Made by a program: the position numbers and the translations under genes. A DNA stretch of 64,000 bases from Callorhinchus milii (lineage: Eukaryota), in contig NW_024704742.1 of the NCBI RefSeq assembly GCF_018977255.1, forward strand, positions 134,852,001 through 134,916,000, in the 5' to 3' direction. Of this stretch, positions 12,001-24,786 are shown in pieces. How positions within the stretch are numbered: position 1 is the first letter of the stretch; every line of letters starts with the position of its first letter. The notes under the pieces are model-generated. The model saw only the letters and a program-made list of their open reading frames with translations, was not told where the DNA came from and did no database searches.

Positions 12001-15000
12001 AGGAAAGACACTGCACAGCCAAAACAACAGCAACCCCTGCATTTATATAGCCTCACGCAGAATTGCTTCCCAGAGCGCTTCGGATTATACCACAAAATGT
12101 AAGGAATTATTTATTTGACTGGCAAAAACAGACGATACCATGGCGATAGATAAACTAAAAAAAAAGTGGTCTTTTTAATTTCCGTTTATAACCTAAATTG
12201 ATCTGTAGTCACTGACGGTAGCCTGGAACGGGAACACATTCGAACATTAAATGAATTCTTTCGGACACGCAAGAGATTCATGTTTTTTATTGAGAAACTG
12301 CGCAGAAATATTTAACCTTCGACCCTTTGCTAATGATGGCAATTTCCCAGTTTGCTCAACTCCCATGACATCCGTTGCTAGGTAACATCCTGATAAACCA
12401 GGAATGGGTGGGGGGGTGGTGGGTTTGTATGTGTGGGAAATGGTTGTCACATACACACGCCCTATTTGTAATGCAATAAATATTATGTGGCCCCCTTGAC
12501 ACTCAGTGTTGGGTAATGACCTTGAATACCAAGGGGTGAAAAAGGTCCAGTCAACGTCCTTTTATATTTCCTCTTATCCCCGCTCTTTAATGTATTATCT
12601 CCTGCATAATAAGGGCGCAAGGCCTAGGGGTTCCTCAGATCACAAGCCTCTCTCCAGCTCTGGTGACTCACATAACGCCACCTTATTCAGGCTTCAATAG
12701 GGGTCACGCACATCTGTGAAGCTCGGTCACACTTCCCCTCCCCCAACACACACTACCCCTAATACTCCCTCCCCTGCCCTCTCCTTCCCCGCTACCCACC
12801 CCCCCCACCCCACCCCTCTGCCCCGCACACCCCCTATTCATCCGAGAGAGCAATGTCAAACTGGATGACCTGTCCTGCAGGAGAGCTTTGTGCTGTCCGG
12901 CTCTCTGACTGAAAGGAAATGCTAATAAGAGTTTGTGCTGGCTCACTCCCTTTTATCGCATCTCGAATAAAGGACGGGGCAAGGGGTGAATTATAGCCAC
13001 GTGTGTGATCCTAGCTCGCAACGAACGCACATTAAGACCCCACTACGCCCCCACCCCCACCCCCTGCGCCATACGTGTGCAGTTTGACCTCAGACCAGCC
13101 ATTATTTCACACAATAGCTACAAGATATTTTTTTCTCCTTCGTGTTTCCGTTTGTTGAAGTATAGATGGGGCTTCGGGTAGGCGTGAGGGGCCAGAGCTG
13201 AAGAGACTGAGGATCACTTGTTTATGTGCAATCATAGATTTTTACAGCACTGAAGGAAGTCAAGCACACTGTTCCTGTATCTACCCTCTAATAGAGCTAC
13301 CCATTATAGTCCCACTGCCCCTGCCCTTTCCCTATTCAAAACACTTGAAGTTATTTTTTTCTCTCTTACATTTATCTAATCCCACAGGGCTATTCGAAAA
13401 GAGATGGGAGTTTCTCTCTCCCAGTGTCCGATCAACATTCCCCCTAATGAAATTGGTTGCTCATTCCACGGCTATTTGTGGCACATTGCTGTGAGTAATT
13501 AACTGCCGCTTTTCGCCCGCAAAAACCATATTTAATCCACTTTGCAGTGTATCATGTGAAGCGCTTTGAGAGACGTCTCAATGCCATGATAAGGCGCTAT
13601 GTCGAATGCAACGATTATTATTATTGTCATAGAGCACCAGTGTAAACGCCCCTCACTCTGGCAGGACAATTGCTTGTGCCAACATGCCCACACGGGATGA
13701 TTTGCCAATCTCAGTAGGACTGTTTCGGACTCCTCACACTGTAGTGCCAGAGTTTGCGGCATGAAACATAATGGTTATTTATGATCCATTCATACACTAG
13801 CAAATAACTTCATAACTGCCCTAATATGGTGTACTCACTTCCACTACTTTGGAGTTTTAGTGTATTATTTGGACTTAAATGCATATCAATCTGGTCAGGT
13901 TAAGTGTACGCATATGTGTCTCTTAGGGTTGTAAACGCAAAGAGCATTCTTATAGATCACATTTTCAATGGGACTGCTATTTGCCTACTTAGTCCAAGAA
14001 AAAAGGGGCATTGTAGCTTTTAAGCAAAAATAAATCAATCACTGTAAATAAAGAAAAAACCCATAACTACCGATTTCACATTGCAACGCATTAAGTCAGA
14101 GAGTTCTAAAAAAAAAGCACCCGAGTCCACGTGAATTATTAAATATACTTTGTGCCTGGGAATAGATACATGCTTTAAAGAATGTAATATTAGCTACTGA
14201 AAGGTGCCGTTAAATACAAGAGGAGTTTTGTCAAGAAACGTAAGGCTTGAATGAGAATCATTTTAAATTGCTCATAAAAATCAGCCCATTTAATCATTCA
14301 TCTCATGAATAAATGAGGTCTAAAATTGAGATATAAAGTACGACTGTTTATAGTAATCCCTGCAAGGGGCTTCACAAAGTTTCTGTGAGGTGTAGTGACT
14401 GCGTATTTTGTTGGCAAACACGATTGTGAATGTGCACGCAGAACTGTCTAACCAACAATCATGAAGTGAACAACCAATGACATAGTTTATTTGGGGGATT
14501 GTTGGCCAAGACACCGGGAGAGAGAAACTCCCTTCTTTTTCGAGTAGCGCCATGGGATCTTTAATGTCTGCCTAAACAGGTAGAGTGGACCTCAGTTTAA
14601 CGTCCCATCTAAAAGACGGCACCTCCAACAATACGGCATTCCCTAGCCATGCATTATAATCAGCTTATGTAAATTCCAGGTCCCACATCTGAACTCACAT
14701 TTGCCAAGCCCAATATGAAGAACAGGTTTATGATATATATTAATTCCTTATTACCAACTTAATTCCCTAAAATACCAACTGGTCTTTAATACTCCGCCTA
14801 CACTCTACACAGTCAAAGTATTATTTCATTCCATGTTGCTCACATTAATAATCTGTCTTTCATCTTCCGCTTTGACTGCTCCTTTTCGTTAGTTTTCCTT
14901 GGCTGGTCTTTGCTTGGCTCCCCATCCTCATTACTTTTTGATTCCTTCACCTTTTAAAATAATTATTCTTTGCCTTTAGGTCAATTTATTTCACCTTCGT

Positions 15001-15334
15001 GTTTAAGCCCCTGAGGTCTAAATCTAGAGATTCTGTTTTCTCATAATGATACATTTCTATTCCCCATCCCATTAAAAATAAATTCCACCACCTCCTGTGT
15101 TATTTCCTCGATCTTATTCCCTCCCTGGAACATCCTCTCCCAGCTCTGAATACACTCTTCTAAGAATCTTGCACATTTATGTTTGTATGTGGCTCCAACC
15201 CTCATTACAGCATAGAATTTAATTATACATTCATTCATCGCTATGTTCACTACCAACAATTAGTTGTAGTGCCCTTCATGCAGGAAGCTGTCTCGGAGCG
15301 CTTTCTGGGTTGCTATTTATTGGCGAATAGTGAG

Positions 15335-15697
15335 TCAAATAATAACAATCCTTCCGTTTGATATAGTTTTTTCACGTTATAGAGCTGTCTCAAAGTCCTT
15401 CACAGAATATACTGTAAAGTTAATTGACTGTATTTTGTGGGTGAAAAGCAGCAGCCAATTGTGCACAGCAGTGTCCCACAAACAGTCATGGGTTGAATGA
15501 CCAAATTATTATTATTTTTTGGAGGGATTATTACCCCCAGAAAGTGATCCGGCAATCTACTAACTACCCGGTTCCTACTTATTATTAGGTAAACTGAGGC
15601 GTGTGGAGTAAGGAAACTTGCCTAAGGTTTCGCCCTGACCATGAATCGAACTCGCTTGCGAGGCGAGCGCTCTAACCACTACACTACAGGACTCCAT
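15335..15697 (-). mobile_element. Family A SINE, full length
   Basis: Head, body and tail match the other copies. Confidence 0.88.
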
Positions 15698-16658
15698 GTG
15701 AAGAGATAGCCTCAAGGGTTATAATATCACTGATGCTAATTATCTCATCATCCAAAAATGCAGTCAGAAGTAGTGTATAATTATAATTGACCTAACAATA
15801 TGTGTGGGCGAGGAGGAGGTAGCATCAGGTTTCACTGCTCAGTCAGTGAGAAGCGTTGATATCTTTTGACCATATGTTTGGTCAATGTGATATCTATCAC
15901 ATATCACATGCCATATATTGCCGCCTTTTGTTGTTGTTGTTGTTGTTGTTGTTGTTTTCTTTAGAGGTTCCTCTCCCCCACCCCACTTCCACCCTGGGTC
16001 AGTCAAAGATTGACACACATAATCCTCCCAATCTATCTCAGTATAACTGAGCAGAGAGCGATTTACTCACAGACAATATCGGGTTCACGTCTTGGGCGAT
16101 TAATCGAGCGAGCAAAGAACTTGTGTCGTGCTGAGGCGATGCAATTTTCGTAAAATACGAGCGTGCGTGTTTTTAAAAAATATATATATTTTATTTCAAT
16201 AGAAATCGTCAGCCAAAGCGAGTTAAATTATTCTCGCAGTTGCTTTGTGTTTTAAGGATACAAAATAATGGATTGGCTGTTCAGAGGTTGGAAATGTCTC
16301 CAAGTCAGCAGCTTCAATGCACTGTGCAGTAATGCAAACGGACCCGAGCCCTGATCGATAGGTTTATGAAGGCTTCCATCCCCTGGTTGTTTTGCAGACT
16401 TGATATTGCCCCGAGCTTCTGTTTTGATCAATATTTCAATTCCGTCTCCCCCGGCTTTCACTAGCAACAGGAGCAATCGGAACCTTTCAGGGTGCCTCTG
16501 TTAACATACGGCCAGGCATCAGGCAAGGTTAGGACAATAGTTCAGCTAGAAATTCAATTGGGGAACAACTAATGCATAAATCCATTTAGCTCAAGCAGCA
16601 GTAGTAACACAGAACCATAAGCGTTCCAGGGCATTACCCCACATGAAGGGCGCTATAT

Positions 16659-17010
16659 GCGGAGTTTCATGGCAAAGTGGTTAGCGTGCTCACTGCGCAA
16701 CCGAGAGGACCTGGGTTCGATTCCTGGGCAGATCAAAAGGTTCGGCAAGTTTCCTTACTCCACACACTTCTTTTACTTAGTAGTAAGTAGGAATCCGATT
16801 GTTAGTCGATTGGCAGATCGCTTTCCGGGAGCAATAATCCCTCAAAAAAANTGTGGTCACTCAATCCACGATTGTTTGTGGGACACTGCTGTGTGCTTTT
16901 GGCTGCCGCCCCAAAAAATACATAGTCAATCTACTTTACAATATATTCTGTGAAGTGCTTTGAGACGTCTCAACGACGTGATATCAGATGCAAGGATTAT
17001 TATTATTACT
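16659..17010 (+). mobile_element. Family A SINE, full length
   Basis: B box GGTTCGATTCC, long-form body and (att)n tail. Confidence 0.88.
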
Positions 17011-17164
17011 ATATAAATCCATAATTTGTTACGTTTGAAGTAGACATTTACTACAACTTGCATTTATGTAGTGCCCTTCAAGCAGGATAGTATCTCAGAG
17101 TGCAGAAGGAGGTCAGTCAGCCCATCGTGCCTGTGCTGGCACTTAAATTCTAAAATCACAAAAG

Positions 17165-17262
17165 ACAAAATACTGCTGGAAATCTGAAATAAGAACGGAA
17201 GTTGCCGGAAACCCGCAGCAAATCAGCAGCATCCATGGAGAGAGGAAAATTAGTTAACAAAG
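17165..17262 (-). mobile_element. Penelope-like element terminal fragment
   Basis: Reverse complement of the ctcca.gatgctgc.tga..tgctgag..ttccagc...ttcagatttccagca motif also seen at 48650-48760. The family assignment is from recall. Confidence 0.5.
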
Positions 17263-17409
17263 GTTCTTCGGCCCGTCTGATCTCATCCTACCTTACAGTC
17301 CACCCATCACAGCATCAAGCTGCTGTTTAAATGAGTCCTAGCACCCTAGCCTCAATCACCCTGGCTGGCAACCCCATTCTAGTTGTCAATCACATTCTGA
17401 ATATAAGAG

Positions 17410-17770
17410 TTATTAGTTTGTATTTTGTGAGTGGACGCGACAGCCATTTTGTGCAAAGCAACGTCCCACAAACAGCCATAAAGTGAAAGACCAAATTTTT
17501 GTAGGATTGTTGCCCAGGAGACCGGGAGAAACTCCCTTCTCTTTTTGAATAGTACCACGGTTCTTTAACATCCACCTGAACTGACAGATGGGACCTCGTT
17601 TTAACGTCTCATCCAAAGGATGGCACAGCCAGCAATGCAGCAAACTCCTAATAATACACTGGATTGTCAGCCTGGATTAATTAGTTCAAAGTCCTGACAT
17701 AGGGGGGTTTGAACCCACAAACTGAGAGTCCTGACTGAGAGTTGAGAGTGCTAGTTGACTGAGCAGTGAA
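17410..17770 (-). mobile_element. Deu-domain SINE (family B), near full length
   Basis: Deu core plus tRNA-like head. Confidence 0.8.
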
Positions 17771-18085
17771 CTGAGCTACAGTGAGATTTGTACAGATGAC
17801 AATCAAAAGTTGTAAACTTCAAGCTAACCTACTTATTAACCTTTCATAAGAGAGAAGGACACAGGAAAACCATTACAATGCAATAAATCTCAATGCCTTA
17901 TCTCCCGTTTCTCTGAAAGGAGATTACCTATTAATGTGGGATGCACCTTACCTGTCCTTGGTCATAATTCAGCACAGCTTCTAACAATAATCAGAAATCT
18001 GTTCGCTAATTCCGGTCAGGAGTTTGACATGCCCAGAATGTCAGGCGATGCTGCTTCTGACTTGTTCAGTGCTGCTCCCGAAATT

Positions 18086-18356
18086 AATAATAATAATAAT
18101 CCTTGCATTTTATATAGCGCATCTTCGAGACGTCTCAAAACGCTCCACAGAATATACTGGGAAGTGCGGCGACTGTATATTTTGTGGGTAAAACGTGGCA
18201 GCTGATTGTGTACCACAATGTCCACAAACAATGTCCATAGTTATTTTTAACATTATTTCTTGGGAGGGATTATTACCCTGGAAAGCGATCCACCAATTCG
18301 CTAACAACTGGGTTCCTACTCATAGCAAGGTAAACAGAATCATGTTGAGTAAGGAA
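18086..18356 (-). mobile_element. Family A SINE, 5'-truncated
   Basis: Tail and long-form body. Confidence 0.82.
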
Positions 18357-18649
18357 AGCATGGAGCAATGGGAACCATTGCAGCACAGTGTTATTATATC
18401 AGTCAATCAGGAGTAAATATTGTTCAATATCTCTTTATTAGTAGTCAAACATGAAGTACACTTGTAGCCTGTTCTACAACTACTCCACCCAACAGCAGTT
18501 TAGCCCAGTTTGGTTGGTAATTATACCCTTTTCTATCAGGACTCTTAAGATTCTGTTAAAGTCCAGGTTCCTGCCTCTTCTCCACATATAAATTGTGACA
18601 CTTGTCCAGCTACAAATATCCTACACAGTAAGGCTTTTTATTAACAGAA

Positions 18650-18950
18650 TGGAGGAGGGATTGGGTGGTGTTGGTTGCAATGGGTTAGAGTTGGGTGCAG
18701 GAGTCGGGTAGAAAGATTTGGGTCAAGTGGATGGGTTGAGCAGAGTGTGCGTGTGGAATGGGTATAGTTCATGCATAGGATGGGTAGAGAGTGGGTTAGG
18801 TCGAGTGCGTGTATGGGATGGATAGAGTATTTCGTAGGCAGTGTGGAGTGTGCATGCCGGATGGATAGAGCGGGATGGGTAGACTGGATTGGTAGAGAGT
18901 GTTGGACAGAGCAAGATGTATGGCTGGGGCGTGTGGTGTGGGTATTGGTG
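18650..18950. repeat. G/T-rich low-complexity tract
   Basis: Degenerate gggtaga/gatggg/gtgtgg units. Confidence 0.65.
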
Positions 18951-19529
18951 GCAAATGAAGAGCAAACGAAAAAAAGAATCTTCATAATTAATAAATGATA
19001 AAACGTTGCTGCTGCTAGTTGTTAGGGAGAAATTGATTGGACCGGAATTCCTTTTTTTTTCCTCAGGTTGTTTTTTTTGCTCTGTTCAGAACAAAGACTC
19101 CCTCGAGAGCGATTAGCCTGATAGCACTCAGGAGTCAGACTCAAAAAGAGAAAAAAAAATGGAACGGTAATTAATTATCATCAAAGGCAATGACATCTAA
19201 TATCTAATTCCATCTCTACATGAAAAAACAGCATCACGCTGCTCTCCCACTGGTAAATATCTCTCTCTGCAGCATTTACCTACAAATACCCAGTCACTAC
19301 ACTTTACATCAATTATTCTGATGTTTCAAACTGATAGATGCTGCATCAAATGCAAGGATTATTGTTGAAATGTCTCAATGTGGAAATTTGTTGGCCAGGA
19401 CACCGGGAGAAACTCCCTTCACTAGATAAGACGAGAGGATGTTTTTCTGGAAGGATGAGAACCTTTTTTGTATGACCTGATCTTTACCAGCAGAGAGATG
19501 GCAATAAGTACACATCTCCCTGTGTAGAC

Positions 19530-19892
19530 CTGTTAACCTCAATCTGGCCTGTCTGCTCCCTCCTCTCGGTAGGCTCTGGCCTGCTCACATTCCCCGCTCT
19601 GCCCGCCACACCGTTGGCGGTCGGGCCTTCAGTCTCTCTGCCCCAACCCTTTGCAACTCCATCCCACAGTCTCTTTGCCTCGCTCCCTCCCTTGCCTCCT
19701 TCAAGGCCCATCTCAAGACCCTTCTCTTCAACTATGCCTTTGGTCAACCTCTTACTCCCCACCCTCCCTGCCCTCCACCCCTCCTGATCCTAACCCCTTA
19801 TTCGTGTGCACATCCTTGGCTATCCAGTGCATTGGACGTCCTTTCGATGTGAAAGGCGCTCTACAAATGTAATTTGTTGTTATTGTTGTTGT
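19530..19892 (+). mobile_element. L2 LINE 3' end (tail type 1)
   Basis: ggcggtcgggccttcag...ttcaaggcccatctcaagacccttctctt, tail gatgtgaaaggcgctctacaaatgtaat(ttg)n. Confidence 0.88.
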
Positions 19893-20074
19893 GCTTGAAT
19901 TGATTCCCCAGCTCTGAGGAATCGACTGTGCCCCATGACAAATAATTAGGTTTGTGTTATCTTAAGGATGAAACATTGAGACAAAGAATTTTTCAGGACA
20001 GCAGGAGGATATTTGGCCTCTAAACTGTCCTAGTTATCACTCCAACTTTCCTGCTCATTCCTAACATGCAAAGA

Positions 20075-20475
20075 TTTTTTTTTGGTCAGCCGGGTGTCTG
20101 ACGCACGCGGAAATCCATTACTATGCTTGAGAGTATCCAAACCAAACTGAGTATTTCATCCATCCCATCTACACGTGGAAATTGCGTGTAGATGGGATAG
20201 ATTGTTGGAATGGAATGCGCTCTCTCTCTCTCACTGGAGGGATATATCCTGCTTACCTAATTCCTGAAAGTATTAGGTGCAGGTTGACAAGAACCAAGGC
20301 TGGGGAACCCCAGAGTTTGCGTTGGGGGTAACTGCTGGAGTTTGACCAGCTAAAATCGCATAACTTGCCATTGAGATTCCTGTCTGGCAAGCTTTCCCGC
20401 TGCTTGTCCAGCTAGGACCAGTCTGGCCATTAGGGCTTTGGCTTACAGGGTTAACAGGAGCTGAGTGGGATGATG
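20075..20475 (-). repeat. Family C repeat
   Basis: T-run followed by ggtcagccgggtgtctgac; reverse complement matches 2533-2832 and about 500-592. Confidence 0.75.
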
Positions 20476-20552
20476 AAAACAGTAAGCAAAGATTAAACCT
20501 TGGCCAAGTATTGTGCTGTGTCCCTCTTAGAAACCTGGATTAGATAGTCAAC

Positions 20553-20905
20553 AGGGCAAAACCTTGGGCAGGTTTCCTTACTCCACACACCTGATAATAA
20601 TCCCTCAAGAAAAAAAACAATAATAATTTGGTAATTTCAATCCACAGCTGTTTGTGGGATACTGCTGTGCGTAATTGGCTGCCGTGTTTCGACCACAGGA
20701 AGGGCGCTATATGCGGAGTTTCATGGCAAAGTGGTTAGCGTGCTCACTGCGCAACCGAGAGGACCTGGGTTCGATTCCTGGGCAGATCAAAAGGTTCGGC
20801 AAGTTTCCTTACTCAATTCACTTTACAGTATATTCTCTGAAGCGCTTTGAGATGTCTCGAAGAAGTGAAAGTACTATATCAACTGCAAGGATTATTATTA
20901 TTATA
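20553..20905 (+). mobile_element. Family A SINE (short form) interrupted by a 116-bp templated copy
   Basis: The body is split at 20699-20814 by sequence identical to 16645-16760. Confidence 0.85.
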
Positions 20906-21201
20906 TTTAGAAAGAAATGACGACCACATCTTAAGGGATATGTGAATAATGGAAGTTTTCCTTTTCAGTTTTACTTCCGCTGGAAACAGACTGTTTTTTT
21001 TTGATCTCTGCTGCTTTGATTGACATTTCTAATTATTTCAGAACTTGTTTAATCCCCGACAGAAAAGCTGCAAGTCAGTATACTTGGTATAAGGAGTGAG
21101 TGGGAGAGTAAGAGAGCAAAAAAAGAAAAAAAGAAAATAAAGGAAGAAAGGAATGTAACAATCTTTACGTTTAATAAAGCTCCTCATCAAATCAGCAAAA
21201 T

Positions 21202-21592
21202 GTGGAGTCCTGTAGCTTAGTAGTTAGGGCACTCGCCTCGCAAGCGAGAGGACCCGGGTTCGATTCCCGGCAGGAATTTGTGAACAGCAATGTGTCACAA
21301 ACCTTGCTGTTTCACAAAAACTTGCCCAAGGTTTTGCCGTACTGGCCATCTGGCACCCAATTTTCGAACAGCAATGTTTCACAAACCACCACAAAGTGAA
21401 TTTGGGGGTGAGGGGGGAAAGGGATTTTCGGCCAGGATACCGGAAGAAACCACTTTGCGCAACTGACTGCCGCGTCTCGCCCACAAAATATACAGTCACT
21501 ACACTTTACAGTATATTCTGTGAAGCGCTTTGAGACATCTCAAAGACGTGATAAGGCTCTATATCAAATGCAAGGATTATTATTATTATTAT
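21202..21592 (+). mobile_element. Family A SINE with a scrambled interior
   Basis: Intact head (21202-21274) and tail (about 21456-21592), with inverted fragments between them. Confidence 0.85.
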
Positions 21593-24489
21593 GGAATCTG
21601 TTATGAAACCTTGCATTTTCCTTATCGTAGTAGCGTACCCCATTGCAGCCTCGGAAAGATATGTCTCAGCAAAAATGGCAAACAGAATACTTTCACTTCA
21701 GACTCACAGTGAAGCCAAATCTAAATTTTAGTAATGAATGGAAAGAAGGGCATTCTATTGATTGCTCCTAATGATAAGTTTCCACTTTAGAAATCGTCAG
21801 GTTAATATGACTCAGTTACTCTTACACTCTTATCCAGGTCTCATTTCTTCACTGCAGTCACCTTCCTTGACAAACGGAATAAATTAACACATCAAAAGAA
21901 TTGATTACAAACTGTAAGAAGTGCTTCAAAATATCACTGAAAATGCCAAGCATCGCCAGGGAGTTTTCCAGTCATAAGTTAATGCAACGCATCCCCCAGT
22001 AGTAAATTCGCCGGCTGGTATTTGAACTGAATCACACATCACAAGATCGGTTCGGATGAAGAAGGCCTTTCAGGTCATTTGATCTCAACCTTTCAGAATG
22101 GCTGTCCAGTCATCACCCCATCACAGCATTGAGCTGTTTTTCATATGAGTCCCAGGGTCCTGGCCTCAACCACCCTTCCTGTTAACCTGTTTCCAGTCGT
22201 TAATTACCCTCTGGGTAAATAATTATTTCCTGGTCCCTGTCCTAAAATTGCCCTTTTCAACAACGATGACAACTTTCATTGTTTGGAGTTTTGTTGGCCA
22301 GGACACCAGGAGAAATCCCCTTCTCTTTTTAAATAGTGTGGTGGGATCTATAACATCAACCTGAACAGGGAGAAGGTGGGGGGGCTTGATTTAATGTCTC
22401 ATCCAAAGGACAATACCTCCAAGTATGCGCTCCCCCAACTCCCTACTGGAAATTGTTCCATTGCAACCATCTATCTCTGGGATTTCCATGTGTAGGTGGG
22501 ATGCATGGAATTCTCAGTTTGGAGACTCTCAAGCACGGTACTGGGTTTCCGCATGTGTCAGGCACCCGGCTGACCAAAAAGTAAAAATGAGTGCAAAGTA
22601 CTGACGTGCACCCAAAACCTTCTAACTCAGTGGCGAGAAAGCGACCAACTGAGCCAGGCTGACCTCTGGAGCAATGATATATGTGTGAGTGGGTTTTGCA
22701 ATAAAAAAAAAGCCGTTTCGCTGTAGAAACCGTTGCCTTTATTTCTAACTAGGAAAACGCACATTAATCAAACTGTGCTGTCAATCCACAGCTGCCTGGC
22801 TTTGACAGCAGGAGCTGAGCTCCCTGTAGCCAGTAAATTACTGAGCAACACAGACAGTCTATTTGAAATAAACTCAGAAGTCAATTAAAGCTCACCATTA
22901 AATGTTACCATCAGCTGTCATAAATGAACAGAGAATCACCTGAACTCTAAGAATAAAAATGTGTGTTTGTGGGACTCTGCTGTGCGCAATTGGCTGTCGT
23001 GTTTCGCCCACAAAATATGCAGTCAATTCACTTTGCAGTGTATACTGTGAAAGGCTTTGAGATGGCTCGAAGACGTGATGAGGCGCTGTATCAAATGCAA
23101 AGATAATTATTAACTCTTTAATGGAAATATAACTCACTCACAGGTGTCTATAGTTCTGCTTTGACCGCAGGTACATTGGCTGTACTGCACATTCCAGAAT
23201 TGATGTAACCAATAAAACTTGGTTACTCACATCAAGGATGTTAATCGGACATTGATTTACTGTAACGTGTAGTTACTGTGTATTTGCAGGCAAATTTGGC
23301 AGTGGATTTGCGCTAAACAATGTCCCCCAAACAGCCACGAAGAGAATGATTAATTTTAGCTATGTTATTATTTGCCAGGACACCTTCTGTTTTTGAATAG
23401 TGTGATGGAATTTTTAACATCCACCTGAACAGATAGACAGAACCCAGGTTACACGTCTCATCTCAAGGACAGCACCTCAGCCTTGACTACGAACCCACAG
23501 ACTTCTGACTTACATTTAATAATCCTTGCATTTGATACAGCGCCTTATCACATGTCGAAGCGCTTCACAGATTATACTGTACAGTGAATTGACTAATGCA
23601 GTATATTGTGTGGGCAATCAGTTAATGCTACAAACTGAACCAGGCTTCTTTATAAAGAGAACTGAAGTGTGTTCCTTGGCAGCACAGAGCATTGAACAAG
23701 ACAGTATAAGAATCTCCTGTAGTCGGTGTAGTCCATTTCAGACCAATTACTTATGTTCTGAATTAACTAGCCAGTGACCTGTATGAGTCATGCTATTTTA
23801 AATGCAAGGTCATCAGTATGGATTATAGCAATAACGTTTAAATAACTTATATCATAAAATATATATATATTTGGGGAAGTATAATTACAGGAATTTAGAT
23901 GAAGACAGCATATAACTTTATGTGATAGACTTCGATACAGATACATTAAGAGCCTTGTAAAAGGCATAATGCAACATGAAAAGGAGTTTGTAATGTAATT
24001 GCTGATTACAGTTGGCTAGAGTTAATTTATAAGTTGCTATGTGCTGATTGTGAATGGTACAAAGCTATGGAAGCCAATTTTGAAGCAAATGTGGATACAG
24101 AGCTCAATACACTAAGGCTCAAAATCCCATCCAGTCTTAGCCTGTTAAGAATGCATGCAATGCCCCAGCCAACAATCCTCTAAATAAAATTGGTCACCTC
24201 CCCTTTCACAGCTGCTTCAAATTACTGTGCGCAAATCGGCTGCCACATTCTCCCATAAGACACACAGTCACCACACTTCACGGTAAAATCCTGTGAAGCA
24301 CTTTGAGAAGTCTGGATGACGTGATAAGGTGCTGCAGGGTGAATTATAAGATATGAGCCACCTGCACATAATGTAATAGCAATAATATTCCTTGCATTTG
24401 ATAGAGCGCCTTATCACGTTGTTAAGACGTCTCAAAGCGCTTCACAGAATATATTGGAAAGTGGATTGAGTGTGCATTTTATGGATAAA

Positions 24490-24786
24490 CTCGCTTTGCA
24501 AGTGAGAGACCTGAGTTCAATTCCAGGCAGGGCGAAACCTTGGGCAAGTTTCCTTACTCCACACGCCTAATAATAATCCCTCCAAAACCAAAAACAATAA
24601 TTAAATTGGTCATTTTCAATCTACGACTGTTTGTGGGACATTGCTGTGCGCAATTGGCTGCCGCGTTCGCCCACAAATATACAGTCAATTCACTTTACAG
24701 TGTGTTCTGTGAAGCGCTTTGGGACGTCCTCCCGACGTGAAAAGCACTATATCAAATGCAAGGATTATTATTATATTATTATTATA
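24490..24786 (+). mobile_element. Family A SINE, young short subfamily, nested in a minus-strand SINE
   Basis: Near-identical to 1-326 and 36091-36412. Flanked by minus-strand SINE parts at about 24378-24489 and 24790-24880. Confidence 0.88.

Noticed and set aside
12888..12910. REST/NRSE-like site
   Set aside because: Only the GGACAGC half matches; the CAGCACC half does not.
16851..16851. Ambiguous n bases at 16851 and 29216
   Set aside because: Both sit at the end of SINE A-runs, consistent with homopolymer uncertainty in the assembly.
21203..21276. tRNA-Ala(CGC)-like cloverleaf with good A and B boxes
   Set aside because: It is the head of a multicopy SINE: the acceptor stem differs from real tRNA-Ala and SINE sequence follows.
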